Assembly: GCA_963697565.1 (NCBI GenBank)
Contig: CAVOOM010000008.1
Span: 218,329 to 282,328 of the forward strand
Length of the DNA stretch: 64,000 nucleotides
From: an uncultured Actinomycetota bacterium
Lineage (GTDB): Bacteria; Actinomycetota; Actinomycetes; CAVWCF01
Reading direction: 5' to 3'
Part shown: piece after piece, positions 19,037-28,591 of the stretch
Layout of the letters: the number at the start of each line of letters is the position of its first letter
Position numbering within the stretch: the stretch's first letter is position 1
The notes under the pieces: generated by a model
Told to the model about the DNA's origin: nothing
The model's database searches: none
Seen by the model: the letters and a program-made list of their open reading frames with translations, nothing else
Made by a program: the position numbers and the translations under genes

Positions 19037-20180
19037 TCAGTCGGTGATGAGCGCTTCGGCCCACCAGGCCGGTGGTTCGGGGACGGGCGCCATGGGCGGT
19101 CCTGTCACCTTCGTCGGACCCAGGACGGGCCAGGCGGCCGGGTCGATGGTCGACTGTCGAGTGACGATGGCGTCGGCGCTGATGTCGAAGGTGGTGAGGT
19201 CCTGGGCGATGGTGACCGGCCCCTCGTACTGGCGTGCGCATGTCGGCGTAGGCCGGGCCAACGACCTGGTGGTCGACGGCGAGGTGCCACATCACCGACA
19301 TCCGTGCACCCGCGCGGGCGAACACCTTGCCCGCCATCGTGGGACTGGTGTGGGCGCCGTTGACGACCTGCTCGGCGAAGCCCACGGGAACGCCCGCCTT
19401 CTGGGCGAACACTGCGGGTGAGGGAAACGTCTCGTGGACGAGCAGGTCCGCGCCGTCGCAGGCGTCCACCAGTGGGCGGCAGGGGCGGGTGTCTCCGGAG
19501 AACACCACGCTGCGACCGTTGAAGTCCAGGCGGTAGCCGACCGAGCCGTTGAGGATGTGGATGACCGGGAACGAGGAGACCCGCACGCCGTTGCGGTCAT
19601 AGACCATCGCTGTCCGGTCCCAGGGCACCTCGGTGACCTCGGTGTGAGCCCCGGACTGGCCGGGGTGCCCGCGCAGCGACTGCCATGTCCCAGGCGTGCG
19701 CCGCCTCGAGGTGCTCGGTGTAGGAGCGGGTTCCCAGCTCTGGTGTCTCCCCGGCGGGTCCCCAGACCTCGACCGGGTCGCGTCGACCGGCCTTGGCCAG
19801 GCTCCACACAGGGTCGGCATGTCGCCGACGTGGTCGGCGTGCAGGTGGGTCAGGAACACCTTCGTCGTGGCCGTCACCGGCAGAGCCAGCCCGTTGTAGT
19901 TGGCCAGGGCACCGGACCCGAGGTCGAAGAAGAACAGGTCCCGCTCGGGGTTGCCGACCTCGATCAGCAGCGACGCCGACGCCTGGCTCGACTTCACGAA
20001 CGGGTCACCCGACCCCAGGACCGTGACCCGGATCTCGCCATCTCGCACCGGCTCCGCCGACGGCGTCAGGACCGGCGTCACCGAGCCGGACGGCGTCCCC
20101 ACCACCGGGGTCGTCGTCAACGGCGCGCCGCCCTCGTACGCAAGCTCCGTCAGCTCGGTGATCTCCGTAGTCACGGCCAC
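19037..20180 (-). pseudogene. MBL-fold metallo-hydrolase (HxHxDH: LTHLHADHVGD) interrupted by at least 3 frameshifts
   Basis: Protein-like segments alternate between frames (20180-19810, 19809-19690, 19650-19262, 19261-19037); junk R/P-rich stretches lie between them. Confidence 0.65.
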
Positions 20181-20486
20181 GCTCCTCTGTGTCAGGCCTG
20201 CATCCCGATCTTTGCACCCGCGGCAGTCGTGGTTCCCACCGGCGCGGGCGAGGTCAGATCAGCCGTGGAAGTCCCTTGGCGGCCAGGTCGACGCCGAAGA
20301 CCAGGAGCAGCACCGCCGTTACCGCGTTGGTGTGGACAGCCAACCAGTGCTTGAGTTCGCCGAGGTGGCTCCTGGCCCGCACGCCGGCGGTGCTTCAGCA
20401 AGCCGTGGACACCGGTCGGGTACAGGCCCAGACCGGAGTACGAGCGCTGTTCGACGAGCGCGCTGAGGGGCCGGCGCGGTCAACAT

Positions 20487-20930
20487 CACATGTCGGCAGA
20501 ATGTCGGCATCACGTGCCCGGACACCGGTGGACTCGAGGCGACCTTTGCGGCCGCGGATGGGCCTGTGACCTGCGACGACAAGCGTTCCACCGCTGTCCT
20601 GCGCCGTCCACGACTGCTCGTTGGCGTTGGATGCTTCGGCGGCTCATAACCCAGAGGTCGCAGGTTCAAATCCTGCCCCCGCTACCAACGTTTATGCAGG
20701 TCAGGGCCATGATCATCGATCATGGCCCTGATTGCGTGTTGGCAGAATGTCGGCAGGCCTGCCGACACGGGGGACCGTCAAGGTGGCGCCGACGCCGGTT
20801 TGCTCGACGCTGGTGGACGTGCCGAGACGCTCGTGGACGACACATCCGCACAGGCGGTGCGTTACGCCGTTTGACCTCTGGGTCGAAGACCCAGGAGTCG
20901 CCGAAGGTGGTCGCTCACGGCGTTAACCGT
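20487..20930. repeat. Composite module, copy 2: L-arm (20487-20640), 47-nt 3' remnant of tRNA-fMet (20641-20687) and R-arm (20688-20930)
   Basis: Remnant identical to tRNA positions 29-76 (GGCTCATAACCCAGAGGTCGCAGGTTCAAATCCTGCCCCCGCTACCA); flanking arms homologous to 18789-19030 and 23657-23808. Confidence 0.7.
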
Positions 20931-20968
20931 CGCGGTGACCTGTCGTGACGGCCGCCGCGACGACTGCG

Positions 20969-23335
20969 CTACTGGCGGGCCAGATGTGCTCGTAGCTCGG
21001 CTTCGGGGTCGACGATCAGTTCCCCGCTGACGTCGACGACCACCTGCTCGAGGCGGCCGGTGAACTTGAACGGGCTCGGGTACGCCGGGGTCACCGGGGA
21101 CCCCGGGTTGTGGCCGCAGCTGACGCCGCCGGGGTTGAACATGAACGGCGTGGTGTAGGGGGCGTCGGCGGTGGCGACCAGTGAACCGTCGACGTACAGC
21201 TGGAGCCGTCCGGGGGCGCCCCGGCCGTGCGGCAGGTCGGCCGCGCCGGTGGGCTCGAACTCGAAGCGGAGCTCGTGGCGCCCGGCCGGGAGCGGGTCGG
21301 GCGAGGAGACGGTGAACCGCTCCCGCGCAACGTAGTTGTGGACGTAGTGCAGCCGGCCGTCCTTGACATACAGCGAGTAGCCACCTGCGGCCGTCCCCTG
21401 GCAGAACAGGACGCCCTCGGCGCCCCCCTCCGGGATGTCCACGGTCGCGCTGATGCTGTGCGGACGGTTGTGCAGGCGTGGGGCAGCGAAGTTGGGGATC
21501 GACTGGGTGCCCGGCCGGTACGTGTACTGGTTCCGCGGCAACGCGACATGCGGCTTCTCGACGGTCATCCGGGCCAGGCCGCTGCCATCGACTGGCATGA
21601 CCTGGTACTTGCCGGCCTCGACATACCAAGTCCCGATCAGCTCGATGAGCTTCTCGCGGTTCTCGGTGGCGAGATTGTGGTTCTCCGCCGGGTCCTCGTC
21701 GATGTGGTACAGCTCCCAGCCGGTGGCGTCGAGCTTCGTCAACGTCTCGGCCGAGATGGGGTTGCCGAAGCCGGTACCGGCCTCGGTGAACGACGGTCCC
21801 GGCCACGGGCAGACAGCACGCCAGCCGTCCTTGTAGATGGCCCGGTGGCCCAGCATCTCGAAGTACTGGGTGTGGTGCCGGCTGGGCGCCGCCGGGTCGT
21901 CGAGCGCGTGGGCGAAGCTGACGCCCTGGATCGGCGACTGCGTGACGCCACGGATCGCCGTCGGCGGCTCCACGCCGAGCAGGTCGAGGACCGTCGGCAC
22001 CATGTCGATGATGTGGGCGTACTGCGAGCGCACCTCGCCGCGCGCCTTGACACCGGCCGGCCAGGACACGATGAACGGGTCGCTGGAGCCGCCGCGGTAC
22101 GTCTCGCGCTTCCAGCGCCGGAACGGCGTGTTGCCGGCGAATGTCCAGCCCCACGGGTAGTGGTTGAAGTGCTCGGGGCCGCCGATCTTGTCGATGACGG
22201 CCAGGCTCTCCTCGAGCGTCTCCTGGGCGTTGTTGAAGAACTGCGCCTCGTTGGTCGTTCCTCCCGGGCCGCCTTCGGCGCTGGCACCGTTGTCGCTGAT
22301 AACCATGACGATCGTGTTGTCGAGGATGCCCTGCTCGCGCAGGAAATCGAGCAGCCGGCCAAGGTGGTGGTCGGTATGGCTGAGGAACCCCGCGAACACC
22401 TCCATCATGCGCGCGTAGAGCCTCCGCGCCTCCGGCGACAGGGACTCCCACTCCGGCACGTCCGGGTCGTGGCGGGACAGCTCGGCGTCGGCCGGCAGGA
22501 TGCCCAGCTCCTTCTGCCGGGCGAACACCTTCTCCCGGTAGGCATCCCAGCCGTCGTCGAACTGGCCGGCGTACCGGTCGGCCCACTCCTTGGGCACGTG
22601 GTGCGGGGCGTGGGTCGCCCCGAAGCACAGGTGCAGGTAGAACGGCTTGGCGGGATCGATCTGGCGCAGGTCGGTGATGAACTCGATCGACTTGTCGACG
22701 AGGTCCTCGGTCAGGTGGTAGCCCTCCTCCGGTGTCCGGGGCGGCTCGACCGGGTGGTTGTCATACACCAGCTCGGGGTACCACTGGCTGGTGTCGCCGC
22801 CAAGAAACCCGTAGAAGCGCTGGAAGCCGCGTCCCAGCGGCCACCGGTCGTACGGGCCGGCGGCGGTCTCATAGACGCTCGGCGTCAGGTGCCACTTGCC
22901 AACCATGTACGTGCCGTAGCCCTGCTCGACCAGCATCTCCGACAGCATGCCGTTCTCGAACGGCATGATGCCGTTGTAGCCCGGGTAGCCGGTGGCGAAC
23001 TCGGTGATGCATGCCATGCCGTTGCTGTGATGGTTGCGCCCCGTCACGATGCACGACCGGCTCGGCGAGCACAGCGCCGTCGTGTGCATGTTCGAAAACC
23101 GTAGCCCGCCCGCCGCAAGCGCATCGAAGTTCGGCGTCTGGATCGGGCTCCCGTAGCACCCCAGTTGGCCGAAACCCGTGTCGTCCAACACCACGAACAA
23201 CACGTTCGGCGCATCCGCGCGAGCTCGCGTTGGCGCCGGCCACGCCGGAGACGACTCCTCCGCCGTACGACCGATCACACCCGGAAACGGCCGACCCGAG
23301 TCGTACTCAACGACCGCCATCGCAAGCCTCCGCAT
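20969..23335 (-). CDS. Arylsulfatase (formylglycine-dependent sulfatase family) with C-terminal extension
   Basis: LFVVLDDTGFGQLGCYG and the sulfatase signature CSPSRS...GRNHH; 788 aa, intact. Confidence 0.85.
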   Translation of the reverse strand: MRRLAMAVVEYDSGRPFPGVIGRTAEESSPAWPAPTRARADAPNVLFVVLDDTGFGQLGCYGSPIQTPNFDALAAGGLRFSNMHTTALCSPSRSCIVTGRNHHSNGMACITEFATGYPGYNGIMPFENGMLSEMLVEQGYGTYMVGKWHLTPSVYETAAGPYDRWPLGRGFQRFYGFLGGDTSQWYPELVYDNHPVEPPRTPEEGYHLTEDLVDKSIEFITDLRQIDPAKPFYLHLCFGATHAPHHVPKEWADRYAGQFDDGWDAYREKVFARQKELGILPADAELSRHDPDVPEWESLSPEARRLYARMMEVFAGFLSHTDHHLGRLLDFLREQGILDNTIVMVISDNGASAEGGPGGTTNEAQFFNNAQETLEESLAVIDKIGGPEHFNHYPWGWTFAGNTPFRRWKRETYRGGSSDPFIVSWPAGVKARGEVRSQYAHIIDMVPTVLDLLGVEPPTAIRGVTQSPIQGVSFAHALDDPAAPSRHHTQYFEMLGHRAIYKDGWRAVCPWPGPSFTEAGTGFGNPISAETLTKLDATGWELYHIDEDPAENHNLATENREKLIELIGTWYVEAGKYQVMPVDGSGLARMTVEKPHVALPRNQYTYRPGTQSIPNFAAPRLHNRPHSISATVDIPEGGAEGVLFCQGTAAGGYSLYVKDGRLHYVHNYVARERFTVSSPDPLPAGRHELRFEFEPTGAADLPHGRGAPGRLQLYVDGSLVATADAPYTTPFMFNPGGVSCGHNPGSPVTPAYPSPFKFTGRLEQVVVDVSGELIVDPEAELRAHLARQ

Positions 23336-23656
23336 CCGCTGGTCAACAGGGCGGTCAGCCCCGACTCGAACCCGACCACGGGCCCAGTCCCACGGTCAAG
23401 GGGCCCAGGTCCGCCCCGAGTGCGAAGCCCCGATGCCAGGCTGACCGTCAAGACCGCTCTGGTAGTTCCGACCCTGATGCGGGCGGCTCACGACCCACGC
23501 CGTCGCACACCTGATTACGCCTCTCGTGATGGCAAGTCGATCGCCGGGGCCCGCGACTCCGCGTCGACGGGCTTCGTCTGCGGGACGTCCACCGGCGTCG
23601 CCGGCGGTCTGGCGAGGCCGCGTCGAGCGAAGAAGTCAGCCGGGAAGCAGGGTCGC

Positions 23657-23855
23657 CATGTCGGCCGAATGTCGGCAACACACGCCCGGACATGGCTGGA
23701 CGTCAGGCGACGGCGGCGGGCCCCGGTGGGTCTGTGACCTGCGAAGACGCTTCGTCCAGCGGTGTCCGGCACCGTCCGGGACTGCGCGCTGGCGTCGGAT
23801 GTTTCGGCGGCTCATAACCCAGAGGTCGCAGGTTCAAATCCTGCCCCCGCTACCA
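23657..23855. repeat. L-arm (copy 3) plus 47-nt 3' remnant of tRNA-fMet (23809-23855); no R-arm follows
   Basis: L-arm ~80% identical to 20487-20640, including the ATGTCGGCCGAATGTCGGCA motif; sequence after the remnant is unrelated. Confidence 0.65.
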
Positions 23856-24345
23856 GGCAAGTGCAGGTCAGAGGCTTGATCACCGATCTTGGTGGTCGAG
23901 CCTCTGATCGTTTGACCGCACCTTGACCGCAAGCCACCGAACCAGAACCGCGTGGACGGTGGTGGACGACGGTGGCGCAGATCCGCCGTCCTGCGGCAGC
24001 AAGCGTCTGGTTGCGAGACGGGCCCCGCTAACGAGGTGTAAGGGGCTGCCGAGTCCCGCGGCGCTCGACGAACCCACGCTCCCCGACTGTGGGGGTCATG
24101 AGTTTGGTGCCTTTCAAGGGATGCACCAGCTGCATCGCGCCCGCCGCGGGCGTGGATCTCAGCCTCTCGCTGTCAGACCCCGGGGGAAGGATGAAGTCGT
24201 TGAGAGTGGGGGTCCGGTGATGGTCATGCTTCCAGCGCCTGTGCCACTCCTATTGCCTATCGCTTGACAGCAATTTGAGCATCCACTCTGCTGGACTCAA
24301 CTGGACGCGGCGGCAACGCCTGGGTTGGGGCTACCGAGCCCGAGG

Positions 24346-25065
24346 TCAGGAGGTCTCCTGGATCTCCTGCCACACTTGCGCCTTGAACTCCTCGCGCCCC
24401 GAGCCGGCCTCGTACTTGTCGTACCGGTCCTTACTCTTGAGGTAGAAGTCCTGGTGGTACTCCTCGGCCTCGAAGAACGTGGTGAACGGCAGGACGGACG
24501 TGGCGATCGGCTGCTCGAACACGCCGGCTTCGGCCAGTGCGTCCTTGGACGACTGGGCCGCGGCCCGCTGCTCCTCGTCGCGGACGAATATGGCAGTGGT
24601 GTACGGCAAGCCACGATCGACGAACTGGCCGCCAGGATCGGTGGGGTCGATTGCCCGCCAGAACACGTCGAGCAGCTCGGAGTAGGTGATGACGGCGGGG
24701 TCGTAGTAGACCTGAACTGCCTCCCGGTGGCCCGTGCGCCCGGTGTAGACCTCCTGGTACGTCGGGTTCACCTCGGGGCCGCCGGCGTACCCGCTGATCG
24801 CATTGCTGACGCCGGCAGTCTCCTGGAAGACGGACTCGACGCACCAGAAGCACCCACCGGCGAAGGTCGCCACTGCGGCGCCGGGGGGCGTCGACTCCCG
24901 AACGATCACTGCCGGCTGCGGCAGCCGCTCGGGAACCGCGGCGAGTTCGGACGCTCCGGGCTCGGCGCGGCAGCCGGCGACGAGGGCCAGGATCAGGCCG
25001 GCCACCAGCGCGACGAGCGCCAGTCGCGGGTCAGCCCGATACGGCGTTCCCTGGGTCTTCTGCAC
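24346..25065 (-). CDS. msrA: Peptide methionine sulfoxide reductase MsrA, probable lipoprotein
   Basis: Signal peptide with lipobox (LVAGC); GGCFWC active-site motif; 239 aa. Confidence 0.85.
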   Translation of the reverse strand: MQKTQGTPYRADPRLALVALVAGLILALVAGCRAEPGASELAAVPERLPQPAVIVRESTPPGAAVATFAGGCFWCVESVFQETAGVSNAISGYAGGPEVNPTYQEVYTGRTGHREAVQVYYDPAVITYSELLDVFWRAIDPTDPGGQFVDRGLPYTTAIFVRDEEQRAAAQSSKDALAEAGVFEQPIATSVLPFTTFFEAEEYHQDFYLKSKDRYDKYEAGSGREEFKAQVWQEIQETS

Positions 25066-25398
25066 ACCTCAGTGTCCTCCGCCTGGCCGGGACCGGCGAC
25101 CCAAGGTCCGGTCCTCCCAACAATGGTGTAGCCCAGGCCGGCGATCGAGGACCGAGCCATGCAGGTCCAGCTGGCGCTGGCCAGCGCGGGTCAGCGCCGT
25201 GCACCATCGATACCGGACCGGCTGCTCGCCGCCGCAGCCGAGCTGACCCGTCCTGCGTTCCCCGGAGTGGGGGCCGTTCGGCCTAGCGCGACGGCCTTCC
25301 CACGGTGTGGACTGTGACTAGTCGCCCCGGCCTGGGCGAGATCGTCCGGCACGGGCCCCGAGGCGGACGATGGCTTGACGAGCGGAGCGAGGTAGGGC

Positions 25399-26490
25399 AT
25401 GAGCGGACTGCTCCTGACCGGGTTCCCCGGCTTCCTGGGGTCGGCGCTGCTGCCGAAGATCCTGGCCCGACGCAAGGGCGCCCACGCGGTGTGCCTCGTT
25501 CAGGGGCACTGGGTGGAGCTCGCCGCCGAGCGCCTGGCCGACCTTGAGGTCGCCCACCCGCACATCGCGGGCCGGGTCTCGCTGGTCGAGGGCGACGTCA
25601 CGGTGCCCGGGCTCGGCATCGACTACGTCGACCGCGGCCGGATCGCCGACGTCACCGAAGTCTGGCACCTGGCGGCCGTTTACGACCTCGCGGTGCCCGA
25701 GAGCGTCGCCCGGCGCGTGAACGTCGAGGGCACTGGGCACGTCCTCGAGTTCTGCCTGGGCGCGCGGCGCTTCCACCGCCTGCAGTACGTCAGCACCTGC
25801 TACGTGAGCGGCGACCACCACGGCGAGTTCGGGGAGGACGACCTCGACCTCGGCCAGGAGTTCCTCAACCACTACGAGTCCACCAAGTTCGAGGCGGAGG
25901 TCCTCGTCCGCCGTGCGATGAAGGCCGGGCTGCCGGCCACGATCTACCGGCCCGGGATCGTCGTCGGTGACTCCCGCACCGGAGAGACGCAGAAGTACGA
26001 CGGCCCGTACATGTACGCCACCTACATGAGCCGGCTGCCCCGGGTGGCGCTCATCCCCGGCGTCGGAGACTTCGACGTGGTGCGGGCCGGGCTCGTGCCG
26101 CGCGACTACGTCCTCGACGCCATGGACGTGCTCTCGGTGATGGACAAGTCCGAGGGCCGCACCTACGCCCTGACCGACCCGAACCCGCCCACCACGGGCG
26201 AGGTCGTGCAGATCCTGGCCGACTACCTCCACCGCAAGCCCATCAGGGTTCCCCTGCCGCTCGGCCTGACCCGGGCGGTGGTGGCCCACGTGCCCGGGCT
26301 GGAGAAGGTGCTCGGCCTGCCGGCCGAGGCGCTGGACTACCTGGCGGCGCAGACCACGTACTCGACGACGAACGCCGTCGCCGACCTCGAGGGCACCGGG
26401 GTGGAGTGCCCGCCGTTCTCCGAGTACGCCGAGCGGCTGCTGGACTACATGGGCGCCCACCCCGAGCACGGCGCATCGGCCATGACATGA
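25399..26490 (+). CDS. Stand-alone thioester-reductase / fatty-acyl-CoA-reductase-like NAD(P)-binding protein (NAD_binding_4, 'male sterility' domain)
   Basis: LLTGFPGFLGSALL Rossmann motif, YVSTCYVSG and catalytic YxxxK region (YESTK); GAGGTAGGG SD before ATG 25399. Confidence 0.8.
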   Translation: MSGLLLTGFPGFLGSALLPKILARRKGAHAVCLVQGHWVELAAERLADLEVAHPHIAGRVSLVEGDVTVPGLGIDYVDRGRIADVTEVWHLAAVYDLAVPESVARRVNVEGTGHVLEFCLGARRFHRLQYVSTCYVSGDHHGEFGEDDLDLGQEFLNHYESTKFEAEVLVRRAMKAGLPATIYRPGIVVGDSRTGETQKYDGPYMYATYMSRLPRVALIPGVGDFDVVRAGLVPRDYVLDAMDVLSVMDKSEGRTYALTDPNPPTTGEVVQILADYLHRKPIRVPLPLGLTRAVVAHVPGLEKVLGLPAEALDYLAAQTTYSTTNAVADLEGTGVECPPFSEYAERLLDYMGAHPEHGASAMT

Positions 26491-26524
26491 CCGACGCGCA
26501 TCCCAGCGAGCGAAGGAGCCAAGG

Positions 26525-28591
26525 GTGGACCGCGACAAGCCCTGCGTGATCGTCAACGTGAGCCTGGCCGGCTCCGACCGCGACTACGACGTGAACGTGT
26601 CGTTCCTGGATCGCGACTTCCACCTGCGCAGGATCGGCACCAACGGCGACGTCAAGGCCGCCCAGGAGCTCGTCGCGAAGTGGGCCGACGAGGCCGACGC
26701 CATCGCGGTGACCGGGATCCGCGAGGCGCGGGCCATCGGGCTGTACGACGGCGACCTGGTGGCCGTGGAGAAGGTGAAGAAGGCCACCCGGATGATCCCG
26801 GTCACCGACGGCCAGGCCCTCGACGACGTGCTCCAGGAGTGGTCGGTCCGGCACGTGAACACCCTCATGCCGGGCTACTTCACGAACGCGCGCGTCGCCG
26901 TCCTGGGCGGCAGCAACCACAGCGGGACCATTCGCATCCTTCGCGAGTACACCGAGAACTTCGAGTTCGCCGACCTCGCGCTGCGGGTCGACCTGCCCAA
27001 GCGCGCGGCCTCGGTCCCGCTCGGCGGCATGCTGGCCGACGCGGTGATGTGGCCGGCGCGCCGGCTGCCGAAGTCCCTCACCTCCCGGGTCAAGGGCCCC
27101 GGGCGCGGCGTCAGCTCGGCGCTCACCCGCCGCGCGGTGGACGACTGCCACGTCATCGTCGCGACCTTCGAGGAGCTCGACGCCTTCGGCGTGGACGACC
27201 TGCGCGGCAAGACGGTGGTCTCCGCGGGCATCTCCGACGCGCGCCTGGCCGAGCTGGCGGCCAAGGACGTCGACATGGTGCTGGACTCCACGCCGCAGCC
27301 GTTCGACGTCACGGTCAACGCCGCCGTGCTCGAGGCCATGATGGTCGCGGCCTCGTCCAGCCCGCTCGGACGGCTCACCAACGACGACCTGCTCGACATG
27401 GTGGTCTCCGCCGGCCTGGAGCCCCGGCTGCTCTACCCGAACGGCTACCGCCGGCGGAGCCGGTTCGCCTTCGTCATCCACCCGTTGTCCCAGAGCTACC
27501 TCACCAAGGTGGAGCCGCTGCGATCCATCGAGAAGTACGCGCCGAGCCTTGTGATGGACGGCGTGGAGAAGGTCGTCGCCTACATGCCGCCGATGATGTA
27601 CAGCCGGGTCACCGGAATCCAGTCCACCACCGGTGACGAGGCCGAGGGCTGGCTCATCACGGTCGGGGGCACCCCCAAGGAGCTCATGGCGCACAGCCCG
27701 GAGTTCACGTACGACCGGCTGCTCGACGCCGCCGAGCAGGCCAAGCGGCTGGGAGCCCAGGTGATGGGCCTCGGCGCGTTCACGAAGGTCGTCGGCGACG
27801 CCGGCGTCACCGTGGCCAAGCGCGCCCCGCTGCCGATCACCACCGGCAACAGCTACAGCGCGTCGGGGGCCCTCTGGGCGGCGCACGAGGCGATGGACCG
27901 GCTGGGGCTGGCCGAGCGCGACGAGCACGGCCGCATCGCCGGCAAGGTGATGGTCGTCGGCGCCACGGGGGCGATCGGATCCGTGTGCGCCCGGCTGCTG
28001 GCGCTGGCCAGCGATGACCTGTACCTGATCTCGCCGGAGACCGCGAAGCTGCTCGCGCTGAAGGGCGAGTTGGAGAAGGAGACCCCGCGCGCGACCATCC
28101 ACATCGCCGCGACGCCCGGGGATTTCCTGCCGGAGATGGACATGATCGTCACCGCCACTTCGGGCGCGGGCAAGAAGGTGCTCGACATCATGGCCGTCAA
28201 GCCGGGGTGCGTGATCACCGATGTGGCCCGGCCGCTGGACCTGTCCGCCGAGGACGTGGCGAAGCGCCCCGACGTGTTGGTCATCGAGTCCGGCGAGATC
28301 GAGCTGCCGGGTGACGTCCACATGAAGAACATCGGGCTGCCCCCGGGGGTCGCCTACGCGTGCCTGGCCGAGACCGTCGTCCTGGCGCTGGAGGGCCGCT
28401 ACGAGACGTTCACCATCGGACGCAACATCGAGTGGGAGAAGGTCAAGGAGATCTACAAGCTGGGCCTCAAGCACGGCATGAAGCTGGCCGCCATCGCCGG
28501 CGTGAACGGCTTCTACACCGACGAGGACCTCGCCCGGATCCGCGAGCTGGCGCTGGCGCGGCGGGCGGAGGCGGCGGGCAAGGCCGGCTGA
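26525..28591 (+). CDS. Fusion protein: unrecognised ~330-aa N-terminal domain plus C-terminal acyl-ACP reductase (cyanobacterial AAR, aldehyde-forming) family domain
   Basis: C-terminal half aligns with AAR motifs (FAFVIHPLS, GLGAFTKVV, PITTGNSYSA, MVVGATGAIGSVCARLL, ETVVLALEGRYETFTIGRNIEWEKV); GAAGGAG SD before GTG 26525; intact 688-aa ORF. Confidence 0.75.
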   Translation: MDRDKPCVIVNVSLAGSDRDYDVNVSFLDRDFHLRRIGTNGDVKAAQELVAKWADEADAIAVTGIREARAIGLYDGDLVAVEKVKKATRMIPVTDGQALDDVLQEWSVRHVNTLMPGYFTNARVAVLGGSNHSGTIRILREYTENFEFADLALRVDLPKRAASVPLGGMLADAVMWPARRLPKSLTSRVKGPGRGVSSALTRRAVDDCHVIVATFEELDAFGVDDLRGKTVVSAGISDARLAELAAKDVDMVLDSTPQPFDVTVNAAVLEAMMVAASSSPLGRLTNDDLLDMVVSAGLEPRLLYPNGYRRRSRFAFVIHPLSQSYLTKVEPLRSIEKYAPSLVMDGVEKVVAYMPPMMYSRVTGIQSTTGDEAEGWLITVGGTPKELMAHSPEFTYDRLLDAAEQAKRLGAQVMGLGAFTKVVGDAGVTVAKRAPLPITTGNSYSASGALWAAHEAMDRLGLAERDEHGRIAGKVMVVGATGAIGSVCARLLALASDDLYLISPETAKLLALKGELEKETPRATIHIAATPGDFLPEMDMIVTATSGAGKKVLDIMAVKPGCVITDVARPLDLSAEDVAKRPDVLVIESGEIELPGDVHMKNIGLPPGVAYACLAETVVLALEGRYETFTIGRNIEWEKVKEIYKLGLKHGMKLAAIAGVNGFYTDEDLARIRELALARRAEAAGKAG

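Larger units (their letters stand above)
18789..23855. mobile_element. Putative tandem pair of degenerate, integrase-less elements integrated at tRNA-fMet (element 1 carries the MBL-hydrolase pseudogene, element 2 the arylsulfatase)
   Basis: Intact tRNA followed by two direct repeats of its 3' end; both intervals share the same end sequences but carry different cargo; no recombinase gene in the window. Confidence 0.4.

Noticed and set aside
20490-20948. ORFs reading through the tRNA remnants (20490-20948 and 23526-23879, both starting MSAECR..) and the conserved small ORFs in the R-arms (18817-19047, 20732-20926)
   Set aside because: The conservation is DNA-level duplication of the arms. Differences between copies hit all codon positions equally, and the frames translate the tRNA sequence itself. 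They are unlikely to be coding.
18789-23855. An intact integrase, excisionase or transposase associated with the tRNA-linked repeats
   Set aside because: All six frames of both intervals were checked. Only the MBL hydrolase pseudogene and the arylsulfatase are protein-like. No recombinase-like sequence is present.
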